From the NCBI GenBank assembly GCA_965285935.1, contig OZ260662.1:50654001-50718000 (forward strand): a DNA stretch of 64,000 nt, in the 5' to 3' direction. The notes beneath the pieces are model-generated. The model was not told the origin of the DNA. It ran no database searches and was given only the letters and a program-made list of their open reading frames with translations. Below are positions 26,497-37,745 of the stretch, one piece after another (the stretch's first letter is position 1; the number at the start of each line of letters is the position of its first letter). The translations under genes were made by a program, and so were the position numbers. Source of the DNA: Ophelia neglecta. Its lineage: Eukaryota.

Positions 26497-29400
26497 ACGG
26501 CAATGACTGCGATGCCCCCTGTACTGACATCGTCCATACTGGAACGGACAGAATTAGTGTGTCATGAAAACGTGAGAGTTCAAAATATCCATCGAACTTT
26601 ATGGCCAAATGGACGCCGCAGCAAACCGAATAACAAGGTTGATAAGCAGCTGGACATTGCACAAGATGGTCCTCCTAAACAATTGCCCGGCCTGCTGCCT
26701 ATAACTGTGACAGGTCTTGCCGAACCCTCAATCAGAGGCCGGGATTCACCCAGAACTGACTATGACCAGGCCGAACGGCCAGTGTCTCCATTTGTGTGTT
26801 CTAAGCCAGTAAGTCCATCGCTGTCCAGCATGATGGTACCGGAAGTGAGGAGTGTCGAATCTCCAGCCAGCATTGCAGCAGCAGACGATGACTGTGCTCC
26901 TTTGGACCTCTCTAGAGGAAAAAAGAGAGACGTAGAATTTATTAATCTCGACGAACCTTTGGACCTTACAGTGAAAAAGAAGGCCCTTAACCCGCCTGCT
27001 GTCACAGCTCCATTCTATGAGGACCCAAATAAGGATGTCCCCATCCCATTTAGCGGGGCAAGTATCAGTTGTAATCGTGTTGCCCCTATGATACACAGAA
27101 CCCCTTCTCAGAGGAATATTTTCGAATCAAGGAATCAGACTCATATAAGAAAGGTATCTCCAGTCAGACCTCACATTGCAGGCAAGCCTGTGGTCCGTGA
27201 CACAAGTTATGGCGCTGGAGGTTATTCCCTAAACAAAACTACAAGCAATGCTCTAACATCCAAAGTGAAAAATGCTGCTACAGGAGTTAGTTCTTTTTGT
27301 GGTGTTGTGAATTCAAAAGGGATGGTAACACAGCCAAACTACGGTGATGTCAAACACAATAAAAATGTTCCAGACCGTCATTCAGTTCACACACATGAAG
27401 ACCGATTAAGAGCCAACTCGCCTTTTGCACAGGCACATGCAGCACTCCTATCGGGGGGCACGGTCATAAACACTTCAAAGGAAAGCGCAAGTCCTCGAGC
27501 GAGGTCCCCCGCCGGGAGATCTCTGTCCTCTGTTTCACTAGCAGCCCCCGTACTTAACGTTCCTACTTATCACCAAAGAACCAAAGAAGAGAGTCGGAAA
27601 GCAAAGAAAACATCCGAGCCGTTGCGAATTGCTATCCCCGGAGATTCAGTGTACGAGGCACCAAGAAACAGCAGTATACCAACGGCACAAGTAAAACCGA
27701 ACAATACGATGAACATCGTGGGTGAAGTAAGCATTAACCTGGACCGAGCTGCCCCTGCTACTGTGACCATTCACGGCGGCCTAGCGGGCAGCAAACCCCA
27801 ACACAAGAAAACCGCTCGGAAAAGTACTCGTGGAGAAATGAGCTCAAACTTTGATAAAAGACTGCTCCAACAAATGTTAGAGGGCACCTCGCCTCCAAAA
27901 CTGACTGTGGTCAGTCCGCCCAAATCCAGTACAAGTGACAGTGATATAGCCGCCCAGAATCCAATGCCATCTCCTCAGATGCCAGTTCTCAGTCCTCATT
28001 CCAGCCAGAACCAGTCTCCATCTGGATCTATGGCCAAAGATTACCCAGAACCGATTGAGAAGCACTCGCCAGCCTTGCCATCGACAATGGCTGCTCTCCG
28101 TAAAGTGTGTTCTGCGAGTTCTCGAGAAACGACACCAACCCTGGATAGTTCTGTGAATCTAACTCAAATCGAGAAAATAAAACATGAAAAGGCACGCGAG
28201 CTGTTGAATTCGAATTCAGCACTGGCGTCCCTGTTAGTGTCAGAAGCTATCAAACCAATCATTGGCGTGGAAATAAAGCAAGAACCATCAGATCATGCTG
28301 ACACCAGTGAAGCCATAATGCCTGATTTTTCGAGTGCCACATCTCCGAAGATCCGATCTCGGAAAACTCTAAAATCAGCCAAGGCAAAAACAGCGAAATG
28401 CCAAGTTGCAAAGGAGTTATTGGATAAATGTACATATCCCTCCGCTTTTGCACCCGTCTCAAAGTTTAGCAGAAAAGCGTTACAAAAGTCAAAGCGTTCT
28501 TTTTTCACGGGCTTTGCGTTTAACTTCAAGAAAGTGGAAGAAAAGAAAAGGAAATATGACGTTGGTAAATCTTCATACTACCAGTGTCATATACTTGGGA
28601 AACAACCAAAAGATGTAAATGAAATTAATAATACAAAAAACAGTTGCCCGGCGTCTCCTGTGAATCCTTACTCCAAAGTTTCTTACCTTGTGCCGGACAA
28701 AGGTGACGATTATGTCCCGTCCTTTGACCTTCCCTTCTCGGACTGGAGAGATCACCTGTTCAAGTATAAAAGAGAGAAATTAAAAATGCCAACTAAATTA
28801 GTGTACGTTCCTACAAAAGGAAACACGCCAAAAAAATTCGAAGATTTTACCACGCTTATTTCTGCAACACCTGCTCAGGGTTGCCATAGCAAGCGGAAAT
28901 TATCGACAGCACAGTTTGTTGAGAGTGAAAATGTCAATTCTCACGTGCTATCGGCCATTAAAAAGGAATGTCCCACTACAAGAAAGTTCGGCGTCATCGT
29001 TGAAAGACGGGCGTGGTTACTCGAAGAGCGAGGAGATTTAACTGCAAGTGACGAAAGGCTGGGCAAGAAATTGAAAAGAAAGTCGGAGTCTTCAACAGAT
29101 TCCACCCCTGTTAAAAGAAGTAAAATTACGGAGAAAAGTCCTGAGAAATCGGGAAGTCCAGATGGGGATAAACCTAGAATTTTCCTGAAGATTGCAAACG
29201 GGAAAATAATCAATTCATGCGTGCCAGAAAAAACGTGCAGTGAACCCAAAGAGAGCCATGATGCTGCAAGCGTCACATCGTCAGAATCTCCTACCAAAAA
29301 AGGAACGCGGGGACCTTACAAACAAAGATACAGCAGGGTTCGTCTGGAGGAGACTTATCCTCAACATATGGAAGAGTTAAAAACATTCCGCATGGGCGGA

Positions 29401-30384
29401 GATTCGGAAGAGGTACCGTCTGAGACGATGGTTGAAGTCTGTCCGCCTCCTCGAGAGATGCTTGTGACACTGGAGGATGCCACGAATGCTATAGAAGCAT
29501 TTAGACCCGACTTGATTCCCCATGTGCCAACTTCGTCCCAGTTGAACGATTCAACTGGCACAACGTTGCCTGGGTCTACTTCTTGTCCGTCTACACCCAA
29601 TACTATAATTTCAAGTAACAATATAATACCCCATGGTACGAAAGGCGAGTTGAGTTCCACGCCGAGGAAGCAGGACGATGATAACGCCCTTGCTAGTTTA
29701 GTCAGACGTGTCAAGTGTCAAATACTTGGCCAGGTGTCCGAGGAATTGATGAAAAAGAAGAAAACGCAAATTCGAAGTTGTCGTTCGCCAGTTGTAATTA
29801 ATAAGAATAAACTTTCTCCTTGCACCGTTGTTTTAACGAGAGATACACTACCTGAAGCGCCAAAGTCCCCAAAAACTTTGGAATCCAAGAAAGACGAAAG
29901 CACGGTCAGTATTGCTGGTCGTAAAAAGAAACCCCGCCCCTGCACCTCCTCCTCACCCAACGACTCACCGAGGAGGCTTGCCCGAGATCTTGCACAGAAG
30001 ATTAAGAAAGTCTCCCCAGCCCGAAAGGACAGGAAAAGTCTCTCTCCCCTCAAATCTTTGTCTGACCATTGTCAGAGTCCAAGGAATTCCCGAAGCAGCT
30101 CACCAGTTAAGTCGTCTGCTCTCTCTCCACGCAAACTTATCCGTTCTCCGAGGCGAGGTATGGACAAAGGGTTGTCTAAGTCTCCATCTCGTGGCGGTTC
30201 CCTTTGGAAATCGCCGAGAAAGAGAGCAGCTGAAGCAGCCAAAGCTAGAAAGAAGAAACGGCGTTCCATACTGGATGAGTTGGCAAATTCTGAGGGTTAT
30301 GTCGCTGACAAACAAATGAAGAAGGGGGGTGAGAACCTATATGCTGATCCTTCCAAGCTGGGGAGAGAAGAAAGAGCACTGCAG
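26497..30384 (+). CDS. BCOR: BCOR giant exon (3888 nt) with PLDLS and PLDLT motifs and the conserved LANSEGY...LYADPSKLGREERALQ block
   Basis: 1296 open codons between a TTGTAG acceptor and a CAG|GTTAGT donor. The terminal block matches vertebrate BCOR IANSAGYVGD...LYADSSQLSREQRALQ (recalled). Confidence 0.93.
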
Positions 30385-31628
30385 GTTAGTATATCGGTTG
30401 TTGCCTGCCAGCCACGTGTGTTTTATCCGTTATCTGAGGCTTGAGGCATTTGAAATTGAGATGAAAGTTAAATGTATTTTTCTTCATATACACGATACAC
30501 ATATTTTACACAATCAACTTCGAAGCCTCGATGTTTGTAGTACTAAGATACCCTCTCATTCCTTACGGGGTGGGCTTGGGCGAGTGTGGTGTCCTACAAA
30601 AACTAACCCTTGTGCCAGAGCTCATATATTCATAATTTTCATAAGCTGCCCCAGCTGCAGTCTAACATTTGAGACCTTGTGGACTGTTCACAACAACTAA
30701 CCATATTAAACAAATATTTATCAGTTTAAGGCAGGAGGGAAGTTGAGAAGCCTTCCCCATTACCTATCTATTATTGTTTTTTCTATTTCGTATAAAAACC
30801 ATTGGTGGTTTATTCACACTTTCGGCGAATTCCTTATGAAATTAAATCTGGCTAGGAAAAATGAAACAGTATATCTTAAAGATTATCAGCCTACTATTTG
30901 CTCTGCGGCCAGCTTTAAGGTCCCAATTTGCGTAAAGGGGTCCTGTATAGGGCATCGCAGGCAAGGGCATATCCATTTAAAAGTTGGGGGGGGGGGGGGT
31001 GTTCGGAATTAAGATCAAAATTCCTGATGGTGCAGATCATCGGAATTCGACCCCAGTACCTGTCAAACTAAATCAACACTCGATAGAAGAGCATACATTG
31101 AAAACAGGACGAGTCTTCAGCTCGGGTTTAATCCGTTAAGCTCCCGAATTAAAATTTGGGGTTTTTTACCTTCTGAATTAAAAGGTCAAAGCAAAATATG
31201 TTCAGTTTCGCCATTGTAGGTCTGGGTATAAAGAGTCGGTTTTAGATATCCGGCCAAAAAATAAGGTTAGTTTCAGAAATCCTGCATCACTGATCGCAAA
31301 CTAGATCACATCCCCACGACATTGTGTTCAAAGATTTCCAAAACACACAATCACGGATCTAAAGCGCCTAGTTTTTAAAACACGGAACTTTTGTGTGTGT
31401 CTGTGGAGGGGGGGGGGGGGTCAGATCAGGGGTTATACCCCGTGTCACCATATATGGAACTGGAAATCATTCATGCCTTCAAATGCCTTCCAATTGTCGG
31501 AAAGACATGCCACTTGGGACGAAAATAGACATTTAACTGTTTTGAACGGTTTTTGTAACCATGAATTGTGTTGATTTAATTATAAATTAAAGTGTTGTCG
31601 CTTATATTGTTTCACTTATTTCCTCTAG

Positions 31629-31782
31629 CGTGCTTTGATGCAGTTTTCTGAAATGCAACTTAAGAATGAACTGGGCAAAGAGAAAAAGAGGGTGCCGAAA
31701 GTTGCTCCTCCTCCACACAGTCAGGCCAGGCAAAAAGCTCGACAACTGAAGAAAAAAGCCATGTTAGGATCCAATAAATCAG
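31629..31782 (+). CDS. BCOR: BCOR coding exon (RALMQFSEMQLK...)
   Basis: CTCTAG acceptor, CAG|GTAAAT donor, phase 0-1. Continues the motif matching vertebrate RAMMRFSELEMK. Confidence 0.92.
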
Positions 31783-32036
31783 GTAAATATATAATATTTG
31801 TCAGTTGTAAATGGAGGCTCATGTGCATTATTGAGGATAAATCTGTGTACCAGAATTAAGACTGGTGTCGATAACTGTCAAACTGATCTCCAGGCGTCAG
31901 CAAATCAACAACAAGCTGGTGACGTAGGATAAACGCGACCCTATACTCATGCGCGAGCATCTGGTCATGTTCGAATTCAAAGTGCCAACTATCATACATT
32001 TCATCCCTTGATTCCTTTTTCGGTACCTATCTTTAG

Positions 32037-32108
32037 CCATGAGTCGTCCAACACGGCGACCAATCGAGTTCCGACCACAAAGACCGACCACTCGGTTGCA
32101 GGCGGCTG
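32037..32108 (+). CDS. BCOR: BCOR 72-nt cassette or alternative exon (AMSRPTRRPIEFRPQRPTTRLQAA)
   Basis: Pyrimidine tract with TTTAG acceptor, G|GTAAGT donor, symmetric phase 1-1, in frame with both neighbours. Confidence 0.6.
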
Positions 32109-33341
32109 GTAAGTTGCACAAGTCACGTGGCTGTGATCACGTGGATCAGGTGACCAAATTGTGTACGAGTGTTGATTCGTCGTGTGATTTTGCTATCGTT
32201 TACCATCATAACATTATGTTGAAGGTGCACTCTTACTTATAGATTTAATCCATGTCTCTTTGGTGTTTACTTATTTTCGTGATTCCTACATTCACCTTGC
32301 TTCAAAACTTGTTAATATCTCCTTGACTTCGCATGCAATGAAATATACTGATTTGAAAATGTGTGACTCTGGTTTGTGGAGTACTAGGCCTATAGGCTAT
32401 ATAATCTGGATGTGTGTTTGTGTTTTATGAAGTAATAAAAATATATGTATAAACCAAATTAAATAAGCTTTTTTTGGACGTACAATTAATATTATAGGAC
32501 TGTTATATTATAGTTAAGGCGTGTTAGGTTAGTATGTAGACTGCCAGGCTAGGCATAGGTGTATAGACTAGAAATCGATTATTTGGTTACACGACATAAC
32601 TAAACCACATTGCCTTAATGTACCTTTAAATGTCCATATATTGAACCTCTATACACGTAAACTGGTACTCTATATGTCTTCGACACATTACAAATCTCAA
32701 AGTGAGTGATGTGTACAAAAGTGTTGTTTATTAAACTGTATTTCTCTTCTTTTTTTTGTTAACACCATATACGTTATAGACGTGTTCGCACAACCCGTAT
32801 CTCTATTTGTATTGTCAATATAGACTACAGTCTAGCTAAGTATGAACAATTCTTGTACATAGACATGCGTACATAGTCCGCCGTTTCTTTTTAGCGCCAA
32901 AATTAGTTGTCGTCTGTTTCATTGTTCTGACAGATTTCGTTTGATATTTTTTCTTTTATATAAACACATTGCACCCTTTTCAACATTTAACTTTATATCC
33001 CGTCACTGTAAAAATGTCTTAATTAGGAGTGAATGAATAAGAAAGTTAATGGTATAAAGGTTTATATTGATGTATTTACTACTTGGCAAAATTTAAACTA
33101 ACCATAATGCAAATGGCGTTCAAATATAGTATGTAACTAATCAACTGTATTTGATAATAATAACCTGAGACATAGATGTCATTTATGTTATTTATGTCTC
33201 TGTATTAATACGATCTAATATTATGTAGCAAACTCATTGAGTCTATAACTTGGCTTACAAACAGGTCGATGGTTGCTTTACAATTTTGTTTTCATTTACA
33301 ATATTTATTGATGACTTGACTTTTATGTTTTCTTCCTGTAG

Positions 33342-33856
33342 CTGTTGAAGGAAGACGCAAGCTAGAACGTATGTACCACAAAGATGACGCTTATGAGCAA
33401 GCGCTGAATAAAGATGAGCAACGACGAAGGCAAAGCCGGGTTAAGAAGCGTTCTAAACTACTAATGAACCAGTTGTCGGTAGATGGCGACTGTGGAGACT
33501 TTGAGAAGGCAGAGCCTTCTGGTCAAGTGGCAGACGACCACCACGAAACGACAGAAGACGACGACTTACCTGTGATAAAACCAGCTAAGAGAAAAAAAGC
33601 ACTTGGATTTATCTTTGATTGGCGATCAAAGTATCTCGGAAAATCGCCAAAAGGAAAATCTATTAAAAACAGCAAAGGCGTTAAAGCAAAGAATTCCTTA
33701 AGGGCTTCTTCGCCTCCCGAGAATAACACTCAAAATGATTCCTGCAATGTGTATCTTGGTGCTAAAGACAGAGCCTCGTCAGAGGAAGAATATGACTCCG
33801 ACTCAACTGTTTCATATGAAGATTCGTCTGCGGAGGAAGAGGAAGAAAAGAACACT
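33342..33856 (+). CDS. BCOR: BCOR coding exon (basic and acidic linker)
   Basis: CCTGTAG acceptor, ACT|GTAAGT donor, phase 1-0, open frame. Confidence 0.88.
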
Positions 33857-34193
33857 GTAAGTATATGATAAACCTCCCTACTGACCACACAGCCCCCATG
33901 GAAAAATATAGTTAGGAGAGTTACCTGAATATATTAGAGCACCTTACATGTGAATGTTCCAACAAAACAAGACAAATATACGATTTCACTGTATTTTTTA
34001 AGTTCAAGTTATTCTTTGTGCTCCTTGGAGTTAGGTGAACAGCATTTTATTTAAAGTACGGCTCCACTTACTTTTTCTAAATTTGCTTTATTTTCCCAAC
34101 TTTTCTTCACTCAGAGCTGGTCAACTTTCATTTTTTTACCTCTGTCATTTTTTTTTACCTCTATGTTATCGAGTATATTACATTACCGAATAG

Positions 34194-34331
34194 GCGAACG
34201 AGTGTTATGAAGAAACCTGCAACGGTGTTCCCGAAGACAAACTTGACATTCCATTAGAGGTGAAAAAGTTAAACATCTGTCACAACACGGGAGAGACCAT
34301 TCTTCACAAGGCAGCCAGACTGGGATATGAG
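34194..34331 (+). CDS. BCOR: BCOR exon, start of the ankyrin region (PLEVKKLNICHNTGETILHKAARLGYE)
   Basis: Matches BCOR [27 protein letters not shown] (recalled). AG/GT boundaries, phase 0-0. Confidence 0.93.
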
Positions 34332-34689
34332 GTGCGTCAGAAAAAACTATCTGTTATAACTCGTTGTTATCATCGTTACAGTCGAGTCAACGTTCGCTCT
34401 TTAAAAGCAGTAAACTACTTCAGTTATGAACTAAAGCCTGGGTTCAACTTTATTAGGTCCTTGTTAGTTTCTAGAGTAGAAACTGAGTTGTCACACAAAA
34501 AGAGTCATTTGAGGTCTGACAAAAGCTGAATTTTACGCACCCAAAGATTAGTCAGAATGAAATAAGTCGACAACGGAAGCAATCACAAATTCTACTTTCT
34601 AAGTTCGGTCTCATTTTCATGTCAGATCTATTCTACTCTGCTCAGTTCAATACAGACATATCATATTTCAATATCATTTACATCTATAG

Positions 34690-34859
34690 GACGTAGTTCT
34701 ATGGTGCTCCCAGCACAACTATGTGGAGGTGAAGGCGCGAGATAACGCTGGCTACTCGGCCCTGCACGAGAGTTGTGTGCCAGGTCACCTGAAGGTGGCG
34801 CGATATCTCCTTGAGTACGGAGCAGACGTCAATGTGGCGTCCCGTCTTGATGGCGTAAG
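34690..34859 (+). CDS. BCOR: BCOR ankyrin exon (DVVLWC...RDNAGYSALHESC...LLEYGADVN)
   Basis: Ankyrin consensus and the BCOR-type RDNAGY.ALHE motif. Phase 0-2. Absent from the ORF track and translated by hand. Confidence 0.95.
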
Positions 34860-35037
34860 GTGCGTGCATACTATAAACAACAATCTCACAATCCTGTAAA
34901 CACGGTGAATGTCTTCTACTCTTCTGCGATTGTTCGGTTTTAAGTAAGTTATTATCATGACAATAAACAAATTGAATCACATTTCTGTCACCCTTAACAT
35001 ATTGTTTGGTGATAACGTATATACCCATTTGATTCAG

Positions 35038-35183
35038 GCCTTTACACGATGCTGTAGAGAACGATCATACGGAGTTAGTACGTCTTTTGTTGTCCGCCGG
35101 AGCGGACCCCACTTTGTCGACCTATTCCGGCAAGTCTATCCTCAAACTAGCCCGTACCCGAGACCTGAGACAGTTCTTACAAG
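35038..35183 (+). CDS. BCOR: BCOR ankyrin exon ([32 protein letters not shown])
   Basis: Near-identical to vertebrate [32 protein letters not shown] (recalled). Phase 2-1. Confidence 0.96.
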
Positions 35184-35736
35184 GTAGGTATCGCGAACCT
35201 ATGAAAAGATAAGAGTATGTTTATCAAATATATTGTAAGCTTTCCAAACATGTTTACAAACAATTGCGATTTACAATAAACCTATTCGATAAAAAGTTTT
35301 TATAAGAAAATGGCACAAATGCAAATCAAAAGTTGGCTGAAGAAAATGCTTTTGTAATGCAACAAAGAGTCAATTATTCCTTGTTTCTTGCAAACAAATA
35401 AAATATAAATGCAAATATCACTGGTATGATACTTACTTGGATTTGTATGTTGAAACTGTTGACATGTGAAACAGAGAACATCGGGTATTAGGAGGTGGAA
35501 ATTCTCTTTCAAGCCTAACGGCCGAACTCCTTAATGGAGGAACATAAGTTTTCCTTTTTACACCGGCATTTCTGGTAAAGTTTCTTAAACCCTGTTTCTT
35601 TGCGGGTAATATTTAATGGTCGGAGAAAGACAGGAGATATTTCAATGCTCTCTGCAAAAACTGTCTTGCACCACGGAATACGTTTAGGATCGAAGAGCCA
35701 GTTTGGAGCACGAGGACTTGACTATATACGTATAAG

Positions 35737-35986
35737 CAGGGTTCTACACTAACTTTTTTCAGCACTTGCCATGAGGGCAAGTAGCACCATGAAATTACTT
35801 GCCCGCACCATAGGCTCACTGTCATAAAAATATTTGTACATATAAAATATACAAGATATCAAACAATTGGCGATTTGGGGAATTTTAGCTGGTTGCCCGA
35901 CGAGAAGTTAGTAACTAAAACCTTTGTGCCCGCAAGCACATTTGAGGTGCCCCGGGACGTCGGGCATTAATTATTGTAGACCCCTG
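35737..35986. mobile_element. hAT-like MITE with a 5-bp target site duplication, in a BCOR intron
   Basis: TIRs CAGGGTTCTACA / TGTAGACCCCTG (1 mismatch). ATAAG directly repeated at 35732-35736 and 35987-35991. Confidence 0.8.
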
Positions 35987-36398
35987 ATAAGGGGCATGAT
36001 CGTCTGGGTGCAGAAATGGCGGCATATAAGCACTGTTGGCTGGCATGTTCATAAGTGTCTTTAATAACAGTACCGAAAAGACATAATACGTGAAAATGTA
36101 TACAGGAGGCGCAAATATATACAAAATGTACAAGAGGGTGCATTCTGTCATGTCAGACTAGCAGCTATCACCAGTGTGTTCTACTACACCTCACCTCTAT
36201 GGAGTTATACCGTACCTGGCCAGAATTCGAAATAGGAAAAGAAAAAAGTACATTGAAAAGGAAGAACTAGTAACTATATATATTCTAGTAGGTTTGTTTG
36301 TGTGTTAGGGGGTGTTTCAGACTGCATGGGTCACATTTGACTTCAGTAAAAACTATGTATATTGTGTTATAGGTAATTTTATTATCGTTTTGTTGCAG

Positions 36399-36657
36399 CT
36401 TATCTGATGGATTTAAATGGCCCAACAGAGATGGAGAGAGAAACGGTATGGGATTTCGAGTTCGTGAGTAAGGACCCTGAGGTGTCGGCTAGTCAGTGTG
36501 CTGAAAACGAGCCGACTAGTGATAAGTCAGAGTGTGGTTGTGATGTGCTCGCCGACCTCCCTAGTGACGATGAGGACGATGCCAATTTACTGGAGTTTGA
36601 GTTCAGTGAGGAGCTGCCAATTCAAAGCTACCTGCTTTGTGTGGATGAAAAGAAGGG
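36399..36657 (+). CDS. BCOR: BCOR exon, linker and start of PUFD (AYLMDLNG...WDF...EFEFSEELPIQSY)
   Basis: Matches BCOR YLNDLQG / WDF / FEFEFSE. TTGCAG acceptor, GG|GTAAC donor, phase 1-2. Confidence 0.92.
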
Positions 36658-37144
36658 GTAACAAACTTAACATGTATCCTTACTAACATCATAGTAACCA
36701 ACAAACTGTTACAAGTCCTATATTATGTAACTACAGTAATAGTTGCCCGTGGTTCTGGGCTACAACAATAAGCCATGTGAATTTAGATCTCTCTCCTTAC
36801 TTTAAATGAGCAATTCATCAGTCAAACTAGTGCAAATCTCACAAATATTACCTTCGGGATCTTTTTGATATTAATTTATTCCTTTTTTAAGCTGTGTTTG
36901 ATTCACTTGTATCATTAAAAAGTTGCAAATGTGCACACATTATCTGGGTCAATTTATTTATATAGTATACCTATGTTATATGTCCTCTTTATTGTTGTTT
37001 TCGATTTATGTACAACATGAGCTCGTCGGTGTGCCTGTAAGGTTTATAATGGAAGAAACAAGATATATGAAATCCCCAAGTCAGCGTGTGGTAACTATCG
37101 TATTATAGGGATCTGATTAATAATATAATATGTCGTCGTTTCAG

Positions 37145-37745
37145 GCCCGAGAATTACCTGGTTTTGTCGGATGTTATTTACCGACTTAAAGTGTCGGACT
37201 ATCGTCTGTGTAGCCTACACGGGTCTCTTCATATAGAGCATATTACTTGGAATGAGTTCTGTACTCAGCTGGAAATGTCACAATTAGCCATGGAGCCCCG
37301 AGAAGACATACGGCCTCTTGACAGTAATGAAATGATGGATTTTGTCAAATTGGACAGAAAACTGCAACAGCTATTGGGAATGGACGTTGACACGTGTAGT
37401 GTACAGGACATACACGAGGAGAACGGACACGACATCGCAGCAGACGACAAGACTTTGAATGTGAGCATTTGTAGCGAGGATCTCGAGGGCATCGGAGGAG
37501 ATTCCTGTTTGCCATCTCCGAATGACAGCATACCACCTCTGGGGTCGTACATATCTCGCACGGCGTCAGGGGACCAGTCTATTAAGCGGGCTGGCCCGCT
37601 CCCTGAACAACAGGAACTAGCCTATGACAGCGTCCCTCCAACTCCCGGTGTGGGGGTGATAAAAGAAGCTACCACCCCCGAAGAATGCTTCGCCCAATAT
37701 CACGCAACAAGAAGCGAAACATCTATGGATACCTGCATGGAGTAG
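37145..37745 (+). CDS. BCOR: BCOR last coding exon: PUFD domain plus acidic tail
   Basis: GPENYLVLSDV...LQQLLG matches PUFD GPRNWLLLSDV...LLG (recalled). TTTCAG acceptor and TAG stop at 37743-37745. Confidence 0.92.

Noticed and set aside
25210-30319. Many antisense and alternate-frame ORFs over the BCOR exons
   Set aside because: They are shadows of long coding exons, with no independent motifs or splice support.
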